Shown here one piece after another: positions 1-8,846 of a stretch of 64,000 bases of DNA. The number at the start of each line of letters is the position of its first letter. Positions within the stretch are counted from its first letter, which is position 1. The stretch comes from Fastidiosipila sp. (GTDB lineage Bacteria; Bacillota; Clostridia; Saccharofermentanales; DTU023): contig JAAZGO010000026.1 in assembly GCA_012511175.1 (NCBI GenBank), forward strand, positions 9,073-73,072, given 5' to 3'. A model generated the notes under the pieces. The model made no database searches. It saw only the letters and a program-made list of their open reading frames with translations, and was not told the DNA's origin. Position numbers and translations under genes: made by a program.

Positions 1-1258
1 CCCGGTCGGTCAGCTGACGGGCGCTGATCTGGATCATGTAGGTTCCAAGCCGGTCTTCGTACTGGTCGACCAGATCTTCCATGGCACGGCCATCGCGGTA
101 TTTTTGATTGTCAAAACGTTCAATCAGGTTGACACAGACGGCGTATTGCCGGTGGACCAAGGCAGCCATCTGGTTGACCAGCTGACGGCTTTGGCTGACG
201 GCAAATCCCGGGGTTTCCAGAAAACGGCTGTCAAGGGCTCCGAAGACACCGGCTTCCTCGATGGGATCGAAGGCTTCCCCGGCTTTGGCAGGCGTAATCC
301 AGGTAACGAATTTGACCAACAGATTTCTGAAAGGCAGGAAAAGCGCTGTCGCCCCGATCTTGTACGCCGAATTCAGGATGGCGATGTCGACGGGGTTGGG
401 ATTATGTGAGAGAAACTGGAAGGGACGCAGGTAATCGGTCAGATAAAAGGCTGACATGAAGACCACCGTTCCCATGACGTTGAAAAAGAGGTGGATCAGG
501 GCAGCCCGCTTGGCATTTTTCGACGTGTTGATACTGCTGATCAGTGCCGTTACACAGGTGCCGATGTTCTGACCCATAATAATGGGAACGGCTGCGCCGT
601 AGGTAACGGCCCCGGTCAGGGAAAAGGCCTGGAGAATCCCGATCGACGCCGAAGAGCTCTGAATGACTGCCGTCAAAACCGCGCCGACGATCAAGCCGAT
701 CCAGGGGTTGGAAAAGGCAATGAACATGCGCTGGAATGAAGGATGCTCCGAGAGGGGCATCAGGGCATTGCTCATGGTCATCATTCCGAACATGAGTATG
801 GAAAAACCAACCAGGATCCTGCCGATGTTGCGCTTCTTCTCATCCTTGAAAAACATGACCGCCATGACGGCAAAAAGAGCGATAAGGGGAACAAAAAAGG
901 AGGGATTCAGAATTCTGACATAGGAATTGGCAGTGCTGATGGCACCCAGACTCAGTATCCAGGCTGTCACGGTCGTCCCTATGTTGGCACCCATGATCAG
1001 ACCTACTGTCTGTGACAAAGGCAGCAAGCCCGCATTGACCAGACCCACCACCATAACTGTCGTGGCCGCCGATGACTGGATGACGGCAGTGACCCCCGTT
1101 CCAAGGAGGACTGCCTTCACCGGATTTGATGTCATGCGTTCCAGCATGACTTTGAGGCGGGAGCCCGATACCAGCATCAGGCTGTCGCTCATCTCCTTCA
1201 TTCCGTAAAGGAAGAGAGCCACTCCCCCGAAAAGAGCTACGACTGCAAAGATATCCAT
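1..1258 (-). CDS. Na/Pi cotransporter II-related family protein with C-terminal PhoU-like region (3' end runs off the left edge)
   Basis: Absent from the ORF track because it is open at the window edge. My reverse-strand translation from ATG 1258-1256 reads MDIFAVVALFGGVALFLYGMKEMSDSLMLVSGSRLKVML... It runs without a stop to position 1 (...AMEDLVDQYEDRLGTYMIQISARQLTDR). The LFLYGMKxMS start and polytopic hydrophobic body are typical of NptA/YjbB-type transporters. The + strand ORFs 104-1208 are antisense artefacts. Confidence 0.8.
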   Translation of the reverse strand, partial: MDIFAVVALFGGVALFLYGMKEMSDSLMLVSGSRLKVMLERMTSNPVKAVLLGTGVTAVIQSSAATTVMVVGLVNAGLLPLSQTVGLIMGANIGTTVTAWILSLGAISTANSYVRILNPSFFVPLIALFAVMAVMFFKDEKKRNIGRILVGFSILMFGMMTMSNALMPLSEHPSFQRMFIAFSNPWIGLIVGAVLTAVIQSSSASIGILQAFSLTGAVTYGAAVPIIMGQNIGTCVTALISSINTSKNAKRAALIHLFFNVMGTVVFMSAFYLTDYLRPFQFLSHNPNPVDIAILNSAYKIGATALFLPFRNLLVKFVTWITPAKAGEAFDPIEEAGVFGALDSRFLETPGFAVSQSRQLVNQMAALVHRQYAVCVNLIERFDNQKYRDGRAMEDLVDQYEDRLGTYMIQISARQLTDR

Positions 1259-1406
1259 GATCACCCGGCGGGTACTAATTCCCAAAAAACCCAACCTTCG
1301 TCATTATACTCAAAAACACGGGCCCTGCGTAAAGATCCCCCGCACCAGCCCGAAATCTCCCTGATGCTATACTGGACAAGAGCTTTGACAGGAAGGAACT
1401 GCACCC

Positions 1407-2378
1407 ATGGTGACCATTATCGGCAGTTTGAATATGGATCTTGTTGTCACGGCCGACCGGGCCCCCCAAGAGGGTGAAACAGTTCAAGGCAGCAGTTTTT
1501 CCCAGTTTCCGGGCGGCAAAGGAGCCAATCAGGCAGTCGCGGCTGCAAGGAGCGGCGCAAAAACCGTCCTGGCAGGAAGAATCGGAGACGACAGCTTCGG
1601 TGAAGCCCTGGTCCGTTCTCTGGCTCGGGATCCCATCGATACCTCTGCGATTGAAAGAATCGCCGGTGTTCCGACGGGAACAGCGGCCATCACGGTCGAC
1701 AGCCGGGGTCATAACCGCATCGTGGTCGTCCCGGGGGCCAACGGTGCCTGGACGGCTTCCCATGTGGAAGCAATCCGCTCCCTGATCGCCCAATCCAATG
1801 TTCTGCTTCTCCAGCTTGAAATTCCGCTTGAAGCCGTTGCGAGGGCTGTCACAATCGCCCGGGAGGAAAATGTTTTTTGCATGGTCAATCCTGCACCTGC
1901 CTTGCCGCTGCCAGCGGATTTTTACCCTTCCATCGACCTGCTGACCCCCAATGAAAATGAACTGGGCCTTCTGTCAGGAATTACCCTGGGCGGGCCCCGT
2001 GGCTGGCGCAACGCAGCCAGGGTTTTGCTCAACCGCGGGCTCCCCGCCATTGTCGTCACACTGGGGGAAGAGGGCTCCCTTGCCATGGACGACAAAAGTG
2101 ACATGCACCTGCCCGCCTACCCGGTTAAAATGGTTGATTCCACCGCGGCAGGCGACTGCTTCAACGGCACCTTGGCCGCGGAAATCGATGTCATGCTGGA
2201 GGCAAGGGGAAAAACCTGTTCGCGCACGGCCTTCACAGTCATGGAACTGGCGCCTGCCATTGACCGGGCCACCCGGGCCGCTACCATATCAGTCACGCGC
2301 CGGGGGGCACAGCCTTCGATCCCCTGGCGGGAGGAAATCGACCGCTTCGAGACGTGGTTTGAAGAACACCGCCTATGA
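1407..2378 (+). CDS. rbsK: ribokinase (PfkB family)
   Basis: 323 aa. Motifs: IGSLNMDL, GGKGANQAVAAAR, TPNENE and DSTAAGDCFNG (PfkB signatures). Confidence 0.85.
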   Translation: MVTIIGSLNMDLVVTADRAPQEGETVQGSSFSQFPGGKGANQAVAAARSGAKTVLAGRIGDDSFGEALVRSLARDPIDTSAIERIAGVPTGTAAITVDSRGHNRIVVVPGANGAWTASHVEAIRSLIAQSNVLLLQLEIPLEAVARAVTIAREENVFCMVNPAPALPLPADFYPSIDLLTPNENELGLLSGITLGGPRGWRNAARVLLNRGLPAIVVTLGEEGSLAMDDKSDMHLPAYPVKMVDSTAAGDCFNGTLAAEIDVMLEARGKTCSRTAFTVMELAPAIDRATRAATISVTRRGAQPSIPWREEIDRFETWFEEHRL

Positions 2379-3181
2379 ACCAAAGAAGACCGATTATTCT
2401 TTCCTGTTCGAAAGACGGTCTGCTCATCGACTGCCTTTTCACCTACAACCGGCGGGCCTGCCGACCGCCGAAAAAAGAGACGGCAAAGAGAGAGCCGCTC
2501 TGCGATGTCATCGAGCGCGGTATCCGTGACAACTGGTCGGGCCGGTATGCCATCGACTTGCAACTGGGAGCTGCTCTGGCGGCCTTCTGCAGACAGGCAG
2601 GTACGGCCAACCCTTTCGAAGGAGCGGATTTCCTGCCCGTTGAAGTTCAGATCAAGCGGTTTGGTGAGGGTGCGCTTGTCCCTGCTCTGCTCACTTTCAA
2701 GCAATTTATCACCCGTAAAAGATCTCCTGCCCGAATCTACGTCAGGCACAGCGCTATCCTTCCCTCCCATGCGGCAAGTCCGCTCCACCGGCGGATCTGG
2801 GGAGTCTTTAAGACCGGCCAGCTCGAGAGTATAGGCTTTAATTGGAGTCCATCCCACCCCGGCTACATCACGATTACCAGCAATACAGCGCCAAGCCGTT
2901 TGCCGCAGGTCGCCGCCCACGAAGCCGGTCATCTCTTCGGCCTGGGTGATGCCTATGCTGCCTGGTACCGTTTCTTTGCCGCCGCTCCAAATACCCAAGG
3001 CTACATGATGCGGGACACCTCGCGGGTCCAGCCGGCCGAGATCGCCATGCTGCTTATGGCTCACACGACGGGCCGGATGCAATACTTCCCCCGGGTTTTT
3101 CACCTCCGGAACATCGCAAGGGGGCTTTACAGGACATTCATTCTTTCGATAGTTAAACCTTTCAGAAAACATACCGGTTAG
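2375..3181 (+). CDS. putative zinc metallopeptidase (HExxHxxGxxD, snapalysin/metzincin-like motif)
   Basis: 268 aa. The ATG overlaps the rbsK stop (ATGA). Third codon positions are G/C-rich in this frame. AAHEAGHLFGLGDAY is followed by GYMM, a possible Met-turn. The competing antisense ORF 2117-3172 has no recognisable motif. Confidence 0.5.
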   Translation: MNQRRPIILSCSKDGLLIDCLFTYNRRACRPPKKETAKREPLCDVIERGIRDNWSGRYAIDLQLGAALAAFCRQAGTANPFEGADFLPVEVQIKRFGEGALVPALLTFKQFITRKRSPARIYVRHSAILPSHAASPLHRRIWGVFKTGQLESIGFNWSPSHPGYITITSNTAPSRLPQVAAHEAGHLFGLGDAYAAWYRFFAAAPNTQGYMMRDTSRVQPAEIAMLLMAHTTGRMQYFPRVFHLRNIARGLYRTFILSIVKPFRKHTG

Positions 3182-3318
3182 TCAGATGAGGCGCAAGGAT
3201 CCGCTGCGGACCCATGAGTTATTCGTCTGCAGCCAACCGGGGTAGTCCAAAGTGGTTTTGTCCTTCAACCGCTGTGTTATGATGGGTTATCGAACAGTTC
3301 TGAATCGGAATAATCAAG

Positions 3319-4029
3319 GTGAAAAAAACTGTCCTGATCATCGGCGCAAATGGGGAAATCGGAGTCGCTCTGCAGGAGCACCTTGCCCGGGATTACCGGA
3401 TCATATCCTCGGATATAAATGAGAATATTCATCATTTCCCCGATTACCACCGGATAGATGCCGCAAATCGTGACGAAGTAGTTTCTTTGTTTCAGAAAGA
3501 GAAAATTGATGCCGTGGTTAACCTGGCAGGGCTCCCCGAAATGGAAGATATCCCTGGCGACGAAATGGTCGAACAGATGATCAACTGCTATTTCAAAATC
3601 CCCTATACCTTGTTAGCCGCCATGGAAAAATTTGGAGTCACCAAGTTTGTCCTTGCGAGCAGCAATCATGTGACCGGGTTTTACGAGAAAAATGGATACA
3701 GTTCCTTGGATCGGGAAATAAGAAGCGACGACTACCCGATCAGCATAAGTGTTTACGGTACCTTGAAACTGGCTGCTGAAAACCTATGCAGGAACTTTTA
3801 CATCAATTGCGGCATTAACACGATCTGCCTGAGAATTGGTTCCTATCGAAGGTCAGAGGAAATTATGACTGAACGCTGGACCCGGACGATTCTCTATACC
3901 AAAGACATGGTGAGTTATTTCCGGGGAGCAATCGAGACCGATATTGGATTCGGCATCTATTATGCAGTGTCGGAGAATCCTGATAAACCGTGGTACACGG
4001 AAGACGCAAAGAGAGACCTCAAGATCTGA
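3319..4029 (+). CDS. NAD-dependent epimerase/dehydratase-type SDR
   Basis: 236 aa, GTG start. Rossmann motif GANGEIG and catalytic YGTLK (YxxxK). Visibly lower G+C than the flanks. Confidence 0.7.
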   Translation: MKKTVLIIGANGEIGVALQEHLARDYRIISSDINENIHHFPDYHRIDAANRDEVVSLFQKEKIDAVVNLAGLPEMEDIPGDEMVEQMINCYFKIPYTLLAAMEKFGVTKFVLASSNHVTGFYEKNGYSSLDREIRSDDYPISISVYGTLKLAAENLCRNFYINCGINTICLRIGSYRRSEEIMTERWTRTILYTKDMVSYFRGAIETDIGFGIYYAVSENPDKPWYTEDAKRDLKI

Positions 4030-4048
4030 ACAAAAAGGAGATGCTCTT

Positions 4049-4486
4049 ATGTCATTTTACGAATGGGTTGGAAATATTGCCGCTGTCATTTCCTTTTTTT
4101 CATTAATCGGTAACGTTCTCCAGTACACGAGAAGACGGGAAACGGATAAAGATTTGCGTAAACTGGTGCAAGAGCAATACAACAACTACTATTATATCGC
4201 CAGAAGCCTGACCCGATCCCGCAATGACTCACAGGAGGCGGATTTAAACGAAGCAATTGAATTGTACAAAAATGAATGCAATTACATCCGGGGAATCGCC
4301 GATTCTGCCCGTGAAAGTCTTATCTGTTTTGGCAGGGAACAGCTGAATTACGAAGTCTATTTTGAACACCCGGCTTACCCGGGCAAGTCAGAGTACTGCG
4401 ATGAGGTGTTGATGGGTCTCCCTCCCGAGCTGTCGGCCAGTCAGCTGGTTCAGCGTGAAGCGAGCGATGACCAGACTGTTTCGTAA
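4049..4486 (+). CDS. hypothetical membrane-anchored protein
   Basis: The track ORF 3944-4486 overlaps the SDR gene. The internal ATG at 4049 has AAAAGGAG 8 nt upstream. The 145-aa product has one N-terminal TM helix (WVGNIAAVISFFSLIGNVLQY). I recognise no family. Confidence 0.45.
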   Translation: MSFYEWVGNIAAVISFFSLIGNVLQYTRRRETDKDLRKLVQEQYNNYYYIARSLTRSRNDSQEADLNEAIELYKNECNYIRGIADSARESLICFGREQLNYEVYFEHPAYPGKSEYCDEVLMGLPPELSASQLVQREASDDQTVS

Positions 4487-4707
4487 TCCACCTTTCACGG
4501 TGTGGAACTGCACAACCTGGTCCGTGATTAATTCCAAACCTGCATTGTCATCCCTTTTACGCCAACCTGTCTCTTCTGCGCGGCCACGCGCCCGATACCT
4601 TGGCCGGCACTGGATAAAGGCTGTCTATATTGCCATCACTCACTTTGTAGTCTATGCTGTTCTTTAGCCTTCTGTGAAGGCAAATACATCTATAAGGAGG
4701 AACTGGT

Positions 4708-6513
4708 ATGCCAAATCAAGAACAAGGCAAGGATCTGCCCCTGGCAGATAAGATGAAGGAACAGGTTCAGATGACAACGGCCGCGCCGGATACCGGCGAC
4801 AAACTGGACATGCATGCTTTCTGGCACAGCAGTTCCCACCTTCTGGCCCATGCGGTGAAAAGGCTGTGGCCCGAGACCAAGCTTGCCATCGGTCCGGCCA
4901 TTGAAAATGGTTTTTATTACGACTTCGACCGGGAGGGGGGCTTCTCCGAGGAAGACCTCGAAACCATCGAGCAGGAAATGAAAGAAATCGTCAAGGCCAA
5001 TTACAGGATCGAGCGCTTCACCCTGCCGCGCGATGAGGCGATCGCCTTTGTCAAGTCCCAGGATGAACCCTACAAGCTGGAGATGGTCGAAGCCCTGCCG
5101 GAGGACCAGGAGATTTCCTTCTACCGCCAGGGTGACTTCACCGACCTTTGCGCGGGACCTCATGTCCGTTACACCAAGCAGATCAAGGCATTCAAATTGA
5201 CCAGCCTTTCCGGTGCCTACTGGCACGGTGATGAGCACAATAAGATGCTGTCCCGGATTTATGGCATCTCCTTTCCCAAAAAAGAGGAGCTGGACAACTA
5301 CCTGGCCATGCTGGAAGAAGCCAGGGCCCGCGACCACCGGAAGCTGGGGCGTGAACTTGATCTCTTCATGCTGTCGGAGGCGGGACCGGGATTCCCCTTC
5401 ATGCTGCCCAAGGGCATGATCCTGAAAGACCTGCTGGTCGACTACTGGAAAAAACTGCACGACCGGGCCGGCTACATCCTGATCCAGACCCCCATGATCC
5501 TGTCCCGGACCCTTTGGGAAGAGTCGGGACACTGGGACCATTACAAGGACCATATGTATACCGTCAAGATCGATGATGAGGACTATGCCGTCAAGCCCAT
5601 GAACTGCCCCGGCGCCATGCTGGTCTACAAGAACAAGCCTCACTCCTACCGGGATCTGCCCATCCGTATGGCTGAGCTCGGACTGGTCCACCGCCATGAA
5701 AAATCCGGCACCCTGCATGGCATGATGCGGGTTCGCGCCTTCACCCAGGACGATGCCCATCTTTTTATGACGCCCGATCAGATGAAGGATGAGATCAGCG
5801 GCATTGTCCGCCTGATCGATGATCTTTACCGCAGCTTTGGCTTCCAGTACCGGGTCGAGCTGTCCACCCGGCCGGAAAATGCCATGGGCGCCATCGAGGA
5901 TTGGGACCGTGCCGAAGCGGTGCTCAAGGATGTACTCGACGAACTCGAATCTGACTACAGCATCAACGAGGGTGACGGTGCCTTCTACGGACCCAAGATC
6001 GACTTTCATATCCGCGACGCTATCGGCCGCGGCTGGCAGTGCGGGACCATCCAGTTGGATTTCCAGATGCCCCAGCGCTTCGAGCTCGAATACACCGGCT
6101 CTGACGGGGACAAGCACCGGCCCATCGTGGTCCACCGCGTGGCCTACGGGGCTCTGGAGCGTTTCATGGCCATCCTGATCGAGCACTACGCGGGGAAGTT
6201 TCCTTTCTGGCTGGCGCCTGATCAGGTACGGGTCCTGACTATCTCACAGGACCATGCGGATTACGGGGAAAAGGCCGTTTCGGAATTGAAGAATCGTGGC
6301 CTGCGGGCGGAACTTGACGCGCGTGATGAGAAGATCGGCTACAAAATCCGTCAGGCTCAGCTGGACAAGGTGCCCTATATGCTGGTAGTCGGCGACAAGG
6401 AAATCGAAGGCGGAACCGTTTCAGTCCGCAGTCGGGATCAGGGCAGCCTTGGATCCCTTCCGCTGGACGCTTTCATTGAGAGAGCGGTGGCAGAAAACCA
6501 ATCAGCCTTATAG
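4708..6513 (+). CDS. thrS: threonine--tRNA ligase (lacks N-terminal TGS domain)
   Basis: 601 aa with a strong RBS (AAGGAGG). Editing-domain motif HSSSHLLAHAV sits near residue 41. Class II core HRKLGRELDLF ... RVRAFTQDDAH is present, with a C-terminal anticodon-binding domain. Confidence 0.95.
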   Translation: MPNQEQGKDLPLADKMKEQVQMTTAAPDTGDKLDMHAFWHSSSHLLAHAVKRLWPETKLAIGPAIENGFYYDFDREGGFSEEDLETIEQEMKEIVKANYRIERFTLPRDEAIAFVKSQDEPYKLEMVEALPEDQEISFYRQGDFTDLCAGPHVRYTKQIKAFKLTSLSGAYWHGDEHNKMLSRIYGISFPKKEELDNYLAMLEEARARDHRKLGRELDLFMLSEAGPGFPFMLPKGMILKDLLVDYWKKLHDRAGYILIQTPMILSRTLWEESGHWDHYKDHMYTVKIDDEDYAVKPMNCPGAMLVYKNKPHSYRDLPIRMAELGLVHRHEKSGTLHGMMRVRAFTQDDAHLFMTPDQMKDEISGIVRLIDDLYRSFGFQYRVELSTRPENAMGAIEDWDRAEAVLKDVLDELESDYSINEGDGAFYGPKIDFHIRDAIGRGWQCGTIQLDFQMPQRFELEYTGSDGDKHRPIVVHRVAYGALERFMAILIEHYAGKFPFWLAPDQVRVLTISQDHADYGEKAVSELKNRGLRAELDARDEKIGYKIRQAQLDKVPYMLVVGDKEIEGGTVSVRSRDQGSLGSLPLDAFIERAVAENQSAL

Positions 6514-6537
6514 GACCGGACGTATCAATGGCAAAGG

Positions 6538-6570
6538 GTGCCGGCCGCGCTCAGCGGCCGGCACTTTTTA
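6538..6570. terminator. GC-rich hairpin + T-run between convergent thrS and deoD
   Basis: GTGCCGGCCGC-gctca-GCGGCCGGCAC followed by TTTTTA. Confidence 0.7.
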
Positions 6571-7287
6571 CGCGGGCGCAATTTCCAGCGCCAGTTCCAT
6601 CATCTGACGGTAACCTTCCTGCCGGGCCTCCGGTGTATCGGATTCCCCGGTCAGAATGTGATCGCTGACTGTAAACATACCCAGGGCGCGCTTGCCGAAT
6701 TGCCGGGCCTTCATGTAGAGTCCGGCTGATTCCATTTCAGCGCACAGGGCCCCATATTGCATCAGATTTTTGAAAACTTCGTCCGAAAAGTTGGTGTAAA
6801 ACTGATCGGAGCTCAGGACGGTGCCGGCATGCACCCGGATACCCATCTCGCGTGCCTTGGCATAGGCTTGAACCAGCAGGTCAAAATCAGGGGTCGGGCA
6901 AAATTCGTAAGGACCGAATAAACCGTGGTTGATTTTTGAGTCGGTGTTTGCCGCGGTGGCCAGAACCAGGTCATGGAGCTGGATAGCCTTCTGCATGGCA
7001 CCGGTGCTCCCGATACGGATGATGGTATCGACTTCATAAAATGCATAGAGTTCATGGATATAGATCAGGGAAGAAGGAATGCCCATTCCTGATCCCATGA
7101 CGGACAGGCGCTTTCCCTTGTAAGTGCCCGTGTAACCCAGCATACCGCGCACCTGGTTGAAAAGGACGGGGTGCTCAAAATAGGTTTCAGCGACAAATTT
7201 GGCCCGGAGCGGGTCACCGGGCATGAGGACGGTATTGGCAATTTCATCGGGGCTTTTCGCCTCAATGTGAGGGGTTGGAATGCTCAT
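6568..7287 (-). CDS. deoD: purine-nucleoside phosphorylase, DeoD type
   Basis: MSIPTPHIEA...VLMPGDPLRAKFVAE...RGMLGYTGTYKGKRLSVMGSGMGIPS. The ATG at 7287 is preferred because GAAAGGAG lies 5 nt upstream. The track's GTG at 7302 would translate that RBS. Confidence 0.9.
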   Translation of the reverse strand: MSIPTPHIEAKSPDEIANTVLMPGDPLRAKFVAETYFEHPVLFNQVRGMLGYTGTYKGKRLSVMGSGMGIPSSLIYIHELYAFYEVDTIIRIGSTGAMQKAIQLHDLVLATAANTDSKINHGLFGPYEFCPTPDFDLLVQAYAKAREMGIRVHAGTVLSSDQFYTNFSDEVFKNLMQYGALCAEMESAGLYMKARQFGKRALGMFTVSDHILTGESDTPEARQEGYRQMMELALEIAPA

Positions 7288-7417
7288 CTTGGCTCCTTTC
7301 ACTTGTCAGCGGCCGGCTGGCATCTTTACAACTATCCTGGTCCAATCATAACAGAGACACACTTTCTGATACCCTGTTGATGAAAGGCAAAAAAAAAAGC
7401 CGCACGGAGGTACACAG

Positions 7418-8587
7418 ATGACGAGGGAAACTCAGCCGGACAAGATGGTCAGAACCCGCCCCCGCCTCGGCGGCGCCCTGATTTTTTTGTCTGCATCGGC
7501 CCTGACTCTCCTGATCCTGATCATATTTCGCGAAATCGCTTTCCGGCGGCCGGCCCTGGCGGACGCTTACGCGACCCGGATCTTTTCACCTCTTGCGGCC
7601 ATCTGGGCCTGGCCATCCAGCCAGTTTTCCTTTTCCCTGACCGAATTTTTCGCGCTTGTCGGCACACCGGTCCTCTTCCTCCTTCTCATCCTGGGGATCA
7701 TCCGCCTCTTCAGGAAGCGGGCTCACCGCCTCCGCCGTTTATTGAAACCGGCTTTGGTGATCCTGGGCATTGCCTGCCTCCTGCTCTCCCTTTTCCTGGT
7801 TTTTCACGGTTTGAATTACGCCCGCCCGCCCCTGGCCGGTAAGCTGGGTCTTGACCTCAGGGAGCATTCAGCCGATGAACTGGAAGCGGCCGTGCGCCGC
7901 CTGGCTAGGGCAGCTGTCCGGGCACGCCGGGATCTTGCCGAATCGGATGACGGCACCGTCGCGATCGGCCCGCTGAATACCGTTTGGAAGGCTGCTTTTG
8001 ACGGCTGGGAGCAGGCGGCCTTGCGATGGCCCGCCCTGGAAAGCCCGGTCCGTGCCCGCCCCAAGGGCGTGCTTCTGTCCCATTACTGGTCCTATACCAA
8101 TATCGTGGGCCTCTACATGCCTTTTTTTATCGAACCCAATATCAATATCGATCAGCCTGCCTTCATGATCCCGTCAACCACGGCACACGAAATATCACAC
8201 ACGCGCGGTTTCGCCAGGGAGGGCGACAGCGATTTCGCAGCCTTTCTAAGCTGTGCCTGCCACCCCGACCCCCTCTGGCGTTACTCAGGCCTGATCAGCG
8301 CCTGGAAAAGTGCCGGAAACAGGCTGTGGGAGGAGGACCGTCAGCGCTGGGAGGCAGCTTACAGGGAGGAGCTTTCACCTGCTGTCATCCGGGATCTCGA
8401 AGCCGAATCGCTTTACTGGGAAGCTTTTGAAACACCGGTGGCTGATTTTTCGGAAAAGGTCAACGATGCCTACCTCAAGGCCAACAGGGAAGAAGAAGGT
8501 GTAAAAAGCTATGGCGCCGTGGTCGATCTTTTGCTGACCTGGCTTGACACCGCCGAAGCGGAGCGGATCCTTTTCCCCGAGCCGTGA
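7418..8587 (+). CDS. DUF3810-type membrane protein (HExxH)
   Basis: 389 aa with N-terminal TM helices. TTAHEISHTRGFAREGDSDF is typical of the DUF3810 family. Confidence 0.7.
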   Translation: MTRETQPDKMVRTRPRLGGALIFLSASALTLLILIIFREIAFRRPALADAYATRIFSPLAAIWAWPSSQFSFSLTEFFALVGTPVLFLLLILGIIRLFRKRAHRLRRLLKPALVILGIACLLLSLFLVFHGLNYARPPLAGKLGLDLREHSADELEAAVRRLARAAVRARRDLAESDDGTVAIGPLNTVWKAAFDGWEQAALRWPALESPVRARPKGVLLSHYWSYTNIVGLYMPFFIEPNINIDQPAFMIPSTTAHEISHTRGFAREGDSDFAAFLSCACHPDPLWRYSGLISAWKSAGNRLWEEDRQRWEAAYREELSPAVIRDLEAESLYWEAFETPVADFSEKVNDAYLKANREEEGVKSYGAVVDLLLTWLDTAEAERILFPEP

Positions 8588-8590
8588 GAA

Positions 8591-8599
8591 GATGGTTTC
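8591..8599. repeat. left copy of 9-bp direct repeat GATGGTTTC (target-site duplication)
   Basis: Identical 9-mer at 17044-17052. Both copies lie immediately outside the terminal inverted repeats. Confidence 0.8.
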
Positions 8600-8600
8600 T

Positions 8601-8624
8601 ATATATTCCAATTAGAGGGTGATG
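8601..8624. repeat. left terminal inverted repeat
   Basis: ATATATTCCAATTAGAGGGTGATG versus the reverse complement of 17018-17041, ATATATTCCAACCATCGGGTGATG. That is 20/24 identical, with an 11-bp outer block and an 8-bp inner block perfect. Confidence 0.75.
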
Positions 8625-8664
8625 GCTAGTCTCCCGCGTCATATAGAGCCTAGAATTAAAGGGT

Positions 8665-8704
8665 AAGCACATATTGTGGTATTTTCACGCAATATGTGCT
8701 TTTT
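8665..8704 (+). terminator. 12-bp perfect hairpin + T-run just inside the left end
   Basis: AAGCACATATTG-13 nt-CAATATGTGCTT followed by TTTT. It is positioned to stop read-through from the DUF3810 gene into the element. Confidence 0.5.
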
Positions 8705-8798
8705 ATGACAAATTTTAGGTCTTTCAGGTGGAGAAAATCAACTCAAAATAATCTTAAAGATAGTCATTTCTAAACCGTTAAAGTTTCTCAAAATGCTC

Positions 8799-8821
8799 TA
8801 TAATGATATTCAGCTTATAAG
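8799..8821 (+). promoter_or_regulatory. candidate -10 (TATAAT 8799-8804) and downstream palindrome CTTATAAG (8814-8821) ahead of the wHTH gene
   Basis: Perfect -10 hexamer but only a weak -35. An 8-bp perfect palindrome lies about 10 nt downstream. Assignment is speculative. Confidence 0.3.
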
Positions 8822-8846
8822 ACATTTTATTTTAGGAGTGATTTTC

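Noticed and set aside
104-1208. Five + strand ORFs (104-409, 491-739, 663-923, 743-1015, 927-1208) at the left edge.
   Set aside because: The minus strand reads as one continuous Na/Pi-cotransporter-family protein from 1258 to the window edge. The + strand pieces overlap one another and lack motifs.
3944-4048. N-terminal extensions offered by the ORF track: 3944 for the 145-aa protein, 30174 for M20, 34315 for queH, 36124 for ruvA, 37983 for rpsT, 45216 for rpsU, 49056 for queT, 62646 for gmk, 63757 for yicC, 16936 for the transposase.
   Set aside because: Each extension overlaps the upstream gene or lacks an RBS. In every case an internal start has a good Shine-Dalgarno sequence and matches the conserved family N-terminus.
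4487-4707. Possible T-box leaders upstream of thrS (4487-4707), ileS (52145-52330, minus strand) and glyQS (61298-61336).
   Set aside because: I found no match to the T-box core (GGGTGGTACCGCG-like) or an obvious specifier-loop/terminator arrangement. The glyQS spacer is only 39 nt. Absence was judged by eye only; a covariance-model scan (Rfam RF00230) would be decisive.
4690-6186. Long antisense ORFs opposite well-supported genes: 4690-6186 (thrS), 2117-3172, 17131-17904, 25626-26525, 38734-39393, 41504-42439, 50516-51379, 55175-56074, 58468-59388.
   Set aside because: These are typical stop-poor shadow frames in GC-rich DNA. Their translations are Gly/Arg/Pro/Asp-rich with no motifs, whereas the opposite strand encodes unmistakable conserved proteins.
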